Assembly (NCBI GenBank): GCA_030390025.1
Contig: CM059432.1
Location: 34,908,001-34,972,000, forward strand
DNA length: 64,000 nucleotides
DNA from: Squalus acanthias
Lineage: Eukaryota
Direction: 5' to 3'
Position numbers and translations under genes: made by a program
The notes under the pieces: generated by a model
Databases searched by the model: none
Seen by the model: only the letters and a program-made list of their open reading frames with translations
Told to the model about the DNA's origin: nothing
Shown here: positions 25,716 to 37,879 of the stretch, in pieces
How positions within the stretch are numbered: position 1 is the first letter of the stretch
How the letters are laid out: each line of letters starts with the position of its first letter

Positions 25716-26190
25716 TGTCTGACTGTTCCTTCCCGAACTCAGAGCTCAGACGTCTGACTGTTCCTTCCCGAACCCAGAGCTCGGACTGTCTGACTGGACT
25801 AAACCCAGAACTCAGACTGTCTGACTGGACTAAATCCAGAGCTCAGACTGTCTGACTGGACTAAACCCAGAGCTCAGACTGTCTGACTGGACTGAACCCA
25901 GAGCTCAGTCTGTCTGACTGGACTAAACCCAGAGCTCGGACTGTCTGACTGGACTAAACCCAGAGCTCGGACTGTCTGACTGGACTGAACCCAGAGCTCG
26001 CTCTGTCTGACTGGACTAAACCCAGAGCTCGGACTGTCTGACTGGACTGAACCCAGAGCTCGCTCTGTCTGACTGGACTAAACCCAGAGCTCGGACTGTC
26101 TGACTGGACTGAACCCAGAGCTCAGACTGTCTGACTGGCCTGAACCCAGAGCTCAGACGTCTGACTGGCCCTACCGAACCACAGAGCTTG
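25715..26190. repeat. 31-bp minisatellite, ~15 units
   Basis: Unit actgtctgactggactaaacccagagctcag. Confidence 0.95.
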
Positions 26191-26619
26191 GATAGCAATA
26201 TTGGGAGACTTAGTGATGACTGCACCATTGAATGTCAGGAGGGAGTCAGTTGGATTTTTTCTTGTAGCGAGTGGTCATTGGCCTAGGGCTGGATGCTGGT
26301 CAGCTCTAGCTTTAGGTTGACATGGGTTGCTTCATTATTGGAGGATTTAACGTAAACAACTTAACAAATGCCCTAAAATTAGAGCACAGATTAAACTAAT
26401 TACCTTAGAATATCAGCAGGCTGACTGTGGTGTTTGCAATATTCAATTCACACGCAGTGACGCTGAAACTGGTCTGAATATTATGTTAACAAAACTACTC
26501 AGAAATTAGCAGCTTTAACACTATGATAACCTGACACTACAAAGATGTTTTATTCAACATTTAAAACTCTTTTAAAACACTTTCCTTTCTAAGCTTCCAG
26601 GGTCCTCCCTTCTATTTTG

Positions 26620-27582
26620 AAGAGGGGCAGAGGAGATTTACCAGAATTACACCAGGGATAAAGAAAAGAAAGCAAGACTTGCATTTATATAGCACCTTTC
26701 ATGACCACTGGACGTCTCAAAGCGCTTTACAGCAAATGAAGTACTTTTAAATGTAGTCACAGTTGTAATGTAGGAAACACGGCAGCCAATTTGCACGCAG
26801 CAAGCTCCCACAAACAGCAATGTGATGATGACCAGATAATCTGTTTTAGTGATGTTGATTGAAGGATAAATATTGGCCAGGACACCGGGGATAACTCCCC
26901 TGCTGTTCTTTGAAATAGTGCCACGGGATCTTTTACATCCACCTGAGGGAGCAGACGGGGCCTTGGTTTAACATCTTATCCAAAAGACAGCACCTCCAAC
27001 AGTGCAGCACTCCCTCAGTACTGCACTGGAGTGTCAGTCTAGAATTGTGTGCTTAAGTCTCTGGAGCAGGACTTGATACCCACAACCTTCCTGACTCAGA
27101 GGCAAGGGTGCTACCAACTGAGCAATGGCTGACACAATGATGAGGGACTTTAGTTATGTGGAGCGACCAGAGAAGATGCAATTGATCTCCTTCGAGCAGA
27201 GAAGGTTAAGGGGAGATTTAATAGGAGGCGTTCAAAATTATGAAGGGTTTTGATAGAGAGAAACTGTTTCCACTGGCAGGAGGGTTGGTAATCAGAGGAC
27301 ACAGATTTAAAATAATTGGCAAAAGAACCAGAGGGGAGATGAGGAGAAAAATAATTTACGCAGCGAGTTATGATGATCTGGAATGCATTGGCTGAAAGGG
27401 TGGAAGCAGATTCTGAAGTAACATCCAGAAGGGAATTGGATATATACTTGAAAGGGAAACATTTGCAGGGCTATGGGGAAAGAGCGGGTGAGTGGGATTA
27501 ATTAGATAGCTCTCTCAAAGAGCCGGCACAGGCACAATGGGCTGAATGGCTTCCTTCTGTGTGGTAAGATTATATGATTCTA
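26620..27582 (+). mobile_element. CR1 3' fragment interrupted by a Deu SINE (26660-27137, - strand)
   Basis: agatttaccaga..ccagggat|gagggactttagttatg continuity across the SINE; CR1 tail near 27540-27582. Confidence 0.8.
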
Positions 27583-29193
27583 CGAAGATTGGAGCAACAT
27601 TGAAAGAATTTTTTTCATTCTTTGGGTGTGATCGTTGCTGGCAAAGCTGTCATTTATTGCGCATTCCTAGCTACCACTAAGCAGGTCGTGGAGATAGCAG
27701 CTTAATACAACTTGAATGTCTTGCTGGGATACTTCAGAGGCCATTAAGAGTCAATCATGTTGATGTAGGACTGGAGTCACATGTAGGCCAAACTGGGAAA
27801 TTGTTTTGCGAGCCTAAATCCACCTAAATTATCCGCACATTTCAACATTTGAAGGATCTGGATCAGTTACAGTACAGGATCCTTCCCAATGCTTTTCGCA
27901 TTTTCATGGCTGCACTACAATCTCTTTAAACAGACCACGTCCCTTGGAACCAAAACTTGGGTCAGCATTCTTCATCGTGTAACAGTTAACACAACCCAAC
28001 AATTAACTCCAAACTGTGGCAAATTGTTTACTGGACAATATATAAGATGTCCACTACCTTTTCCTGTTACCTCATAAGAACATAAGAAGATAAGAAATAA
28101 GAGCTGGAGTAGGCCATTCAAGCCTGCTCCGCCATTCAACATGATCATGGCTGATCTTCTACCTCAACTCCACTTTCCCACACTATCCCCATATCCCTTA
28201 ATTCCCTTCGTTCCCAAAAATTTATCGACCTCTGTCTTGAATATACTCAACAATGAGCATCCACAATCCTCTGGGGTAGAGAATTCCAAAGATTCACAAC
28301 CCTTTGAGTGAAGAAATTTCTCCAATTCTCAGTCCTAAATGGCCTACCCCTTATTCTGTGACTGTGACCCCATGTTCTAGATTCCCCAGTCAGGAGAAAC
28401 ATTTTCTCAGCATTAACCCTGTCAAGGCCCTTAAGAATTTTATATGTTTCAATTAAATCACCTCTCATTCTTCTAAACTCTAAGGAATATAGGCCTAGCC
28501 TACTCAACCTCTCCTCATAGGGCAATCCCCTCATCCCAGGAACCAGTCTAGTGAACCTTTGCTGCACTCCCTTTAAGGCAAGGATGTCTTTCCTTAGGTA
28601 AGGAGACCAGAACTGTACACAGTACTCCAGGTGTGGCCTCACCAGTGCCCTGTATAATTGTAAAAAGACTTCTTTACTCTTAGGGGTAAAAATTCAGTTG
28701 GTTGCGCCTCCCGTTAGCGCCTTAAGAGGGCGCTAATGGGGCGCAAAGCCGCTAACGCCCGGGCGCAGCGATGTTTGCGCCGCTCGGGAACTTAACTAGA
28801 GATTGTGCGGCGGCGCTAAAACTTACCGCTGCGACCACCTGCGCGCGCAGATTGTGACGTCATTCCATGGTGCAACGCCCTTGTGGCGCCCTGGAGCGGA
28901 AATTGAGTGGCGCCCCCTGCCTTACCGCCTGGCGCATCCAACGACTGGAAGACTGGAACGCTATCAATCGCTGTGGGGCTGGGGGGGGCGCTATTTAAAG
29001 GGGGCCTCTTCCTGTCTTTTTCTGTGGTCAACATTTTTGCACCACTCGTTCTGAGAGAGAGAGAGAGATTCGGAGAGAGCGAAAGAGAGACTTCTGCATT
29101 GACTCAACGCTTTGTGAGGTAGTTTTGCCTATTGATCCTAACTTCGCTAGTACTTTAGTTGCTGTCCTTCATTACTTTGCTTGCAAAGAGAAT

Positions 29194-30357
29194 ATGGGGG
29201 CTGCACTGATTGGGGGCGTCGTCCTGCTCCAGCTGAATCGGAGGATACAGAGACGCAGAGAGAGAGTGGCAATGATGGCCAGACGGAGGAGGGCCAACAG
29301 GCGTATGTACAGGAGAGCTTACCCTCCCAGGGTATATCGTGAACAGCTCTCCTACATCCATATGTCTGAGGAGCTGTGTTTGCGAAGGCTGCGATTCAGC
29401 AAGGAGGTGGTCACTGAGCTCTGCCACCTGCTGCTGCCAGATCTGCAGCCTCAACTGAGGTCCAGGACGTCTCTGTCGGTGGCAGTGAAGGTCACAGTGG
29501 CTCTCAACTTTTACGCTACTGGCTCATTTCAAGCTGCTGCTGGGGACCTCGCCAATATCTCCCAGTTCGCGGTGCATTGCTGCATCCGGCAGGTCACAAA
29601 TGCCCTCTTTAAAAGGAGACGAGAGTTCATCTCTTTCCCCATGACCCCAGACAAGCAGCGTGACCGCGCTCTGGGCTTTGCGAGGGTAGCGGGCTTCCCC
29701 ATGGTGCAGGGCGCCATTGACTGCACGCATGTGGCTTTGCGTGTTCCGCATGAGAATGCCGAGGAATTCCGGAACAGAAAGGGGTTCCATTCCTTGAATG
29801 TTCAGTTGGTCTGTGACCACAGACAGCTGATACTCGCTGTCAATGCCCACTATCCTGGCAGCTGCCACGATGCTTTTATCCTGCGCCAGACTACTGTGGC
29901 AGAACTTTTCGAGGCACCGCATCAGCCAGTTGGTTGGCTTCTCGGGGACAAGGGGTATGCATTGAGCACCTGGCTGATGACACCGCTCCGTACGCCCAAC
30001 ACCCCTGCTGAGCTGCGGTACAATGAGAGCCATCAAGCTACCAGGAACATAATTGAGCGCACAATCGGCGTGCTGAAGCAACGGTTCCGCTGTCTCGACC
30101 ATTCTGGAGGAGCCCTGCAGTACTCGCCTGAGCGAGTATCGAACTTCGTAGTCGTGTGCTGCATGTTGCATAACATGGCAATCCTCAGGACCCAGCCAAT
30201 GCCACCAGGCCTTGGAGCACCACCAGAGGAGGAGGAGGAGGAAGAGGAGGAAGAGGACGAGGAGGATGATCAGCAGCAGCACCAAGGCGGGAGGGCGGCC
30301 CACAATGGTCAAACTGCAAGGGCCGTCCGTCAACGGCTAATAGCAAGCCGCTTCTAG
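29194..30357 (+). CDS. Harbinger transposase (HARBI1-like DDE nuclease), 387 aa
   Basis: Uninterrupted ORF from ATG 29194 with [45 protein letters not shown] and an acidic tail; TATTTAAA at 28992. Confidence 0.93.
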   Translation: MGAALIGGVVLLQLNRRIQRRRERVAMMARRRRANRRMYRRAYPPRVYREQLSYIHMSEELCLRRLRFSKEVVTELCHLLLPDLQPQLRSRTSLSVAVKVTVALNFYATGSFQAAAGDLANISQFAVHCCIRQVTNALFKRRREFISFPMTPDKQRDRALGFARVAGFPMVQGAIDCTHVALRVPHENAEEFRNRKGFHSLNVQLVCDHRQLILAVNAHYPGSCHDAFILRQTTVAELFEAPHQPVGWLLGDKGYALSTWLMTPLRTPNTPAELRYNESHQATRNIIERTIGVLKQRFRCLDHSGGALQYSPERVSNFVVVCCMLHNMAILRTQPMPPGLGAPPEEEEEEEEEEDEEDDQQQHQGGRAAHNGQTARAVRQRLIASRF

Positions 30358-30616
30358 GGCCCCTGCCATTGCTAACAACATTAATGAACCCAGCACGCAA
30401 CCCCTAAGCCGGCCAAGGCACCAATAATTCCAACCACCAACCATGTATATTTTGAATACAGAAACTTATTTATTTTACAAACTCTGTGTGTGTCAATTCC
30501 TCATGACAAACTCATAGAAATAAACACAAAAAAACAGTCAATAACATAACTGGTTCTCACAACCTGGAGATAATGTCCAAAACACTAAACAAAAGTTGGA
30601 CCATGAACCTCGACCT

Positions 30617-31626
30617 TTAATAAAAAAATGACCAGCATTTTGTCACACCTCCTACTTTTTGCCCTTCGAGGGTGATCCTTCCCTTGCGCACTTCCCCCCT
30701 TCTAACCCTACTGCTCCTCTGTAATGGGACCTCAGTGGCTGTAGCAAGGCTGGTGGAAGGCTGCTGCTCGTCAGACCCTGACACTGCAGATGCCCCTGAA
30801 GGACGGCCTCGACCAGTTCTGGGCCTGGAGGGCCCGGCTGCAGACTGCACCAACTCTGCATGGGCGGCAGCAGTCTGTCCTACAGGCGGTGGCAAGTGCA
30901 GTGGAGAAGTGACAGTGTTGGCAGCAGGAATGCTGTCATCGTGAGAGAGGACAGCAACTCCCTGCTCGCCCGACACACTGGCACTCCCACGGGGCAGCAC
31001 TTCAGCATCCGGAGCAATCTGCTGGAGAACAGATTGCTGGCCTGCTGCGGCGCGGTGACAGCCCCGGGGACATGTGCACGAACCATCGAGGTTGGCAGCA
31101 GTCTGTGCTTGCGTGGCCTCAATCTGAGTCTGCATGAGAGCAGTCAGAGATGGGATCACGGCAGCCAGTGACTGAATTGCAGTACTAAGCGTTAGTGTGG
31201 CATCCGCCTGTGCTACAGCGAAGTGCTCCACACTCCTTGCCAGTGACTCAATGCATTCGGGCACCCTTCCCACTGCACCCATGAGCTCAGTGTGCATGCC
31301 CACTGCCTGGGTGTTCATTTCTGCGATCAGCCGCTCCTCCTCTGCGTCCATTGCAGTAGGAGTGTCTGGCATACTCTCCCTCTGGGGAGAAGGCCCCCGT
31401 TCTTCCCTACCCCAATGGCGTTGCTGCAGCCCGCTGGGTCCTGGAGCTTCACCCTCATCAGACCCTTCCCCCCTGCTCCCCTCCAGGGAAGGCGTGTTCC
31501 CAGTGTGGGCATGGGCTTCCTCGGGAGAGGGTGGCACTGATGCTCCGGCTTCCTCTTCCTCCTCGGCTGCAGCATCACTCCCAGTGGCAGCTTCAGGGCC
31601 CGTCTCCTCAGCTGGTGAATCACCAT
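30617..31626 (-). CDS. Myb/SANT-like protein of element G, exon 3
   Basis: cctgctttcag acceptor; the phase-1 join reads without a stop into the 306-aa ORF; spliced product 469 aa. Confidence 0.75.
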
Positions 31627-31785
31627 CTGAAAGCAGGGAGGTACAAGAGTGGCTTTAGCGTGAGGACAGGGTGGCAGTAAGGGAGGAATAAGTGCAGCGA
31701 GTTAGCAAGTTGGATTGAAAGTGTCAAAGGCTGGTGTTGTGAGGGACAAGTGGAAGGACAGAGGACAAAAAGGTGATGACCTTAC

Positions 31786-31948
31786 CATTGCTGTCCAGAA
31801 CGGGGTCGGCGTCTCCAGTGGCGACGGGACCGATCACCCGGCTTGCCACAATCCTGTGGACGCGCTCCTCAAGATCGCTGAGGGGTTGCAGCTGAGGCCG
31901 CCCTCCACCTGTCCGTTGCTGCTGTCTCCGATTATGCGCCAGCTTGGC
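31786..31948 (-). CDS. Myb/SANT-like protein of element G, exon 2
   Basis: tttttcttacag acceptor, AKLAHNRRQQQRTGGG..., GTAAG donor; 163 nt. Confidence 0.85.
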
Positions 31949-32178
31949 CTGTAAGAAAAAGGACAGCATCTGAGTAAATATACAGCCATGGTCTTGCCTG
32001 ATGTGCCTCCCATAGGTGAATAGCCCTTACTGTATGCAAAGTGTGGAATGTGTGTGTGTGTTTCATGAAAGGGCCATAGGTGTTGGATGAGTGTTGTGCA
32101 TTGGGGTTTTAAGACCCTCTGGCCATAGAGTGAGGTTGAGATGGAGGGATGGAGAGGTATTGAGAAAAAGCCACTCAC

Positions 32179-32415
32179 CCTGACGACCCGAGTGAGGTCG
32201 TTGAACTTTTTGCGGCATTGAGTATGGGTCCTGGGCACCATGCTCCTGGAGGAGACGCTCTGAGCCACCTCCCTCCACACTCTTCTGAACTCGCGTGGCA
32301 AAGGCCTCCTGCCACTCTCAGGGAAGAGCATACATCTTCTGCGCTCCACCGCGCCAACCAAAGCATCCAAGGCCCGCTCGGTGAAACGATGAGCTCGTTC
32401 TCTCACCCTCTCCAT
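32179..32415 (-). CDS. Myb/SANT-like DNA-binding protein of element G, exon 1
   Basis: MERVRERAHRFTERALDALV..VWREVAQSV..RTHTQCRKKFNDL; GTGAGT donor; 237 nt, phase 0. Confidence 0.88.
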
Positions 32416-34764
32416 CCTTGGCAGCAAAATGGATTCACAGGTCTCTCCAGGCCGAGATTCAAGGCTGCAATGAGCAGGGTGTGGCTGGGGAGCAAGTTGG
32501 CCCCCCCCGCTTTAAGAAGTGGCCGGCGCCAGTGTGTCTGTGTTCCCTCGCTAACTGGCAGCAGCTGCGCTGCGCTCACGCTCTGAGTTAGCGCCTCACT
32601 GCTCGGCCTTTGCGCCTTAAGACAGGTGTGCAGCGCCTGATTTAGCGCTCCACTCACCTCCCGGGGCGGTAAAAGTGAAGTTTCCAGTCAGTGCCGATAA
32701 TTAGCGCCAGGCGCTAATATTTGCGTCCAGACGATATTTGCGCCCCAAACGGGGCGCGACCTAATTTTTCCCCCTTCTACTCTAATCCCTTTGTAACAAA
32801 AGCTAACATACCATTTGCTTTCCTAATTGCTTGCTGTACCTGCATGTTAACTTTCTGTAATTCATGTACAAGAACACCCAGGTCCCTCTGAGTGCAAACA
32901 TCTCTCACCATTCAAAAAATATTCTGCTTTTTTGTTTTTCCTACCAAAGTGGATAACTTCACACTTCCCCACATTGTAATCCATTTGCCGTGTTCTTGCC
33001 CACTCAGTCAAAGTCAACCTGTCTATATCTCTCTGCAGCCTCTTTGCATCCTCCTCATAGCTTACTTTCCCATCTAACTTTGTATTATAAAACAAACTTG
33101 GATAAGTTACACTCAGTCCCTTCATCTAAGTCATTAATATAGATTGTAAAAAGCTGAGACCCAAGCATTGATCCTTGCAGTACCCTACTAGTTACAGCCT
33201 GCCAACCTGAAAAAATCCTGTTTATTCCTACTGTCTGTTTTCGTCCATGAACCAGTCCTCAATCCATGCTAATATATTACCCCCAATACCATAATTTTGT
33301 GTAATAACCTCTTGTGTGGCACCTTATCAAATGCTTTTTGAAAATCCAAATACACTACATCCATTGATTCCCCCTTATCCATCCTACTCGTTACATCTTC
33401 AAAAAAACTGACAGATTTGTCAAACACAATTTTCCCTTTCATAAAACCATGTTGACTCTGCCTAATCATATTATGATTTTCTAAGTGCCCTGTTACCACA
33501 TCCCGAATAATAGATTCTAGCATTTTGTCTACTACTGATGTCAGGCTAACTGGCCTATAGTTCCCTGTTTTTTCTCTTCCTCCTTTCTTAAATAGTGAGG
33601 TTATGTTTGCTACCTTCCAATCCTTGGGGACTGTTCTAGAATCTAGGGAATTCTGGAAGATTAATACCAGTGCATCCACTATCTCTGCAGCTACCTCTTT
33701 TAAAACCCTAGGATGCAGGTCGTCAGGTCCAGGGGATTTGTTGCCACTTAGTCCCATTAATTTCTCCAGTACTATGTCTTTACTTATACTGATTTCTTTA
33801 AGTTCCTCATTCTCTCTAGACCCTTGGTTCCCCATTATTTCCAGAATGTTTTTTGTGTCTTCTACCGTGAAGACAGATGCAAATTATTTGTTTAATGTCT
33901 CTGCCATTTCCTTATTGCCCATTATAATTTCCCCAGTCTCTGCCTCTAATGGGCCCACGTTTACTTTCACTAATCTCTTCCTATTTACATACTTATGGAA
34001 ACCTTTACAATCTGTTTTTATGTCTCTTGCTAATTTACTCTCATATTCTTTTTTCTCCTTGTTAATCAATTTCTTGGTCTTCCTTTGCTGAATTCTAAAA
34101 TCCTCCCAATCCTCAGGCTTACTATGCTTTTTGACAACATTATAAGCCTCTTCCTTTGGTCTAATACTATCTTTAACTTCTTTTGTTAGCCACGGTTGGA
34201 CCACTTCTCCTGTGCGGTTTTTGTGCCTTAAAGGAATGTATATTTGTTGTAAATTATGTACTAAATCTTTAAATGCTAGCCATTGCTTGTCTACCGTCAT
34301 ACCTTTTAATTTTTTCCCAATCTATCTTAGTCAACTCGCCCCTCATACCTACGTAGTTTGCTTTGTTTAGATTGAAGACCCTAGTTTCGGATTTAAATAA
34401 ATCACTTTCAAACTCAATATAAAATTCTATCATATTATGGTCACTCTTCCCTAAAGGCGCCTTTACTACAAGGTTATTAATTAACCCTTTCTCATTGCAC
34501 AATACTAGATCTAAAATAGCCTGTTCCCCAGTTGGTTTCTCAACATACTGATCTAGAAAACTGTCTTGCATACATTCCATGAATTCAATCTCCACACTAT
34601 TACTTCAAATTTGGTTTGCCCAGTCTATGTGTAGATTAAAGTCCCCCATGATTACTGTACTGTACTCAAGTCTCTGGAGTAAGACTTGAACCCACAACCC
34701 ATTGTCATCAGGCCTCCAACATCCCACTTCTGCTTTAGAGCCACTGTTGTACATAATGACAGTT

Positions 34765-35663
34765 AGGCCCAATGTCCCTGATATTTACTGGGGTGGCATT
34801 TCTAAGCGGGGTGAGGGTTGAGGGGGAGGAGTTCTGGTCGGGAAAGCCGACCAGAACACTGTGGAGTGTTGACGCCACAGCATGCATGGTTATTTTTATA
34901 CAGGATCCCTGCCTGGAAGCCAGCCTGATAGATATGCTTGGCCACCAGTCAGACGGGGAACGGTGCAGCAGAGGCTGCAGCCCAGTAGCAGGTAGGTTGG
35001 TGCTCCTGGGGCAGAGATTGCGAGGGGAGCGTGGTGATTGCGGTGTGTTGGGGTAGGGGGGGGGTGTCTGATCGTGGTGGGGGCAGGGGTCGGTGATTTC
35101 ATGGGGGGGGTCCAATCACAGGGAGGGGTCCGATCACGAGGGCGGAGTCCGATCGCCAATGAGAGTGGGTGGGGGGGGGTCCGATCTCAGGGAGGGAAGC
35201 AGGTTAGCTTGGGGAGCCAGGGGGAGCACTCCTTCTCCTCCTGGCCGACAAGCAGTGCTGGAAAGTTACTTACCTCGTCCATGCAGCAGTCCCTGCCTCC
35301 CTTTATCTGCCACGTTTCCCAAGACCCAGGAATTACGGCCCAGGGTTAAATTTAAAATGGAGATAAAATCTGAGACATGCAGCCTCATTAAAATATTTAA
35401 GTGAGTGACCCGCCTCCTGGAAGCGGGTTGGTCGTCCCCCCCTCCCCCTCGTCTCGTCTCTGTTAAAAGCTTACCACCCTGCGCTCATATTCCAGGCACG
35501 TGGAACATATGCAAATGAGGGGGTGGGCCTTTTGATTGCAAATTCAACACGATCTGTGCTCTCCCCCTCCCGTGCTACAGGTGTGGGGGCGGCAGGTGGG
35601 GGGGCGTCCACACCACGGGCTTGCAACAGCGCCCCCAATCTTGCAAGGATCATAAAATCGGCG
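34765..35663. mobile_element. Composite GC-rich non-autonomous DNA element(s), Harbinger-like end
   Basis: Blocks shared with 22290-24103; AAAATCGGCGC TIR-like end at ~35663; boundaries unclear. Confidence 0.45.
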
Positions 35664-35849
35664 CTTTGTTGTTTAGGCGGAAACCTGACTGTGCCTGTGA
35701 AACCGTACCCCAAAAAAATTCACTGGGGAAAAGGAAATGTGGCAAAAGAAATACAAAGAAATGACAGACGGGATCACCAGTGGAAGAAACGCCCTGAGAC
35801 CATTTGCTAACTGGCTATGTCTTAGTTAACATAAGGGAATCAGCAGACA

Positions 35850-37345
35850 ATCATAGAATCATAGAATCATAGAAAGTTACAGCACGGAAGGAGGCCATTT
35901 CGGCCCATCGTGTCCGCGCCGGCCAACAAAGAGCTATCCAGCCTAATCCCACTTCCCAGATCTTGGTCCATAGCCCTGCAGGTTAGAGCATCCCAAGTGC
36001 ACATCCAAGTACTTTTTAAACGTGGTTAGGGTTCCTGCCTCTATCACCCATTCAGGCAGTGAGTTCCAGACCCCCACAACCCTCTGGGTGAAGAAATGTC
36101 CCCTCAAATCCCCTCTAAACCTTCACCCAATTACTTTAAATCTGTGCCTCCTGGTTTTTGACCCCTCTGCTAAGGGAAATAGGTCCTTTCTATCCACTTT
36201 ATCTATGCCCCTCATAATTTTATACACCTCAATAAGGTCTCCCCTCAGACTACTCTGTTCCAAGCCTATCCAGTCTTTCCTCATAGTTAAGATTCTCTAC
36301 TCCCGGCAACATCCTTGTAAATCTCCTCTGTACCCTCTCTAGTGCAATTACATCTTTCCTGTAATGTGGTGACCAGAACTGCACGCAGTACTCTAGCTGA
36401 GGCCTAACTAGTGTTTTATACAGTTGAAGCATAACCCCCCTGCTCTTGTATTCTATGCCACGGCTAATAAGGGCAAGCATTCCGTATGCCTTCTTAACCA
36501 CCTTATCTACCTGGCCTGCTACATTCAGGGATCTGTGGACATGCACTCCAAGGTCCCTTTGTTCCTCTACAATACTCAGTGTCCTACCATTTAATGTTTA
36601 TTCCCTTTCCTTGTTAGCCCTCCCCAAATGCATTACCTCACACTTCTCCAGATTGAATTCCATTTGCCACTGTTCTGCCCACCTGACCAATTTATTGATA
36701 TCTTCCTGCAGTCTACAGCTTCCTTCTTCAGTATCAACCACACAGCCGATTTTAATATCATCTGCAAACTTCTTAATCATACCCCCTATATTCAAGTCTA
36801 GATCATTGATATATACCACAAAAAGCAAGGGACCTAGTACTGAGCCCTGTGGAACCCCACTGGAAACAGCCTTCCAGTCACAAAAACGCCCATCAACCAT
36901 TACCCTCTGCTTCCTGCCTCCGAGCCAGTTTTGAATCCAACTTGACACTTTGCCCTGGATCCCATGGGCTTTTAACTTTGTGACCAGTCTGCCATGTGGA
37001 ACCTTATCAAAAGCATTGCTAAAGTCCATATACACTACATCAAACGCACTACCCTCATCTACCCTTCTCAAAAAATTCAATCAAGTTTGTCAGACACGAC
37101 CTTACCTTAACAAATCCGTGCTGACTATCCTTGATTAATCCGTGTCTTTCTAAATGAAGATTTATCCTGTCCTTCAGAATTCTTTCCAATAATTTTCCCA
37201 CCACCGAGGTTAGGCTGACTGGCCTGTAATTACTCGGTCTATCCTTTTCTCCCTGTTTAAACAAGGGTCCTCCAGTCCTCCGGCACCACACCTGAAGCCA
37301 GAGAGGATTGAAAAATGATGGTCAGGCCCTCTGCTATTTCCTCAA
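35850..37345 (-). mobile_element. CR1 LINE 3' fragment
   Basis: SGVPQGSVLGPLLF, KFADD, RPQLEYCVQFWSP; (atcataga)n tail. Confidence 0.92.
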
Positions 37346-37879
37346 CTATTGATTTGATAATTAGAAGCCACTATTGCTCATCCGAACACATTCATCACAT
37401 ATGCGTCTCAGTAGCTTGGTGTTTCTGAATGCAATCGACCTTTAAGTCCTATTTTCAGTGATCCATGTTTGATTAGATCTAATTAGAAGCCGACTTGATT
37501 GCACGGCCAGCATGAGCAGTTATGATTTGACAGGTGATAATCAGTGTTGAGCTGCTCTGACCATCTAAGTACGAGTCAGACCAAACATCCTTGCTTCTTC
37601 TCTTTTTACTTCTCATCATTCCCTGCCCCCGTGAGACAGTAAGTGCTGGCAGGGTGCTCATGTGCAGGAGCCCAATGGTGTCCCGCTCCAGCCAGGGGCT
37701 TGCTGAACAGCATTCGGGGGGAAGGAACCGGTGCTGTACTATTCCATGATTCTATAACTGTGGCTGATCAAACACAAGGCTGTTGAGACTTTTTGTGACA
37801 AGGCCTGCAGCCGTTCAGGGAGAAAGCCCGCCACCACTTTCTCAGGGGAGCTAGGATTTTTTTCCCCCTTGATTGGAAA

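Larger units (their letters stand above)
28683..32774 (+). mobile_element. PIF/Harbinger element G, full-length and apparently intact
   Basis: TIRs GGGGTAAAAATT / AATTTTTCCCCC, flanks TTA/TTC inside CR1, two convergent open genes. Confidence 0.93.
28076..34660 (-). mobile_element. CR1 LINE (ORF2 remnant) split by Harbinger element G
   Basis: [38 protein letters not shown] and LGKSDHNMIEF motifs; (cataagaa)n tail at 28073-28100. Confidence 0.9.

Noticed and set aside
29194..30357. Domesticated host HARBI1 gene
   Set aside because: Lies between TIRs with a TSD inside a CR1 and is paired with a Myb gene; it is a transposon copy.
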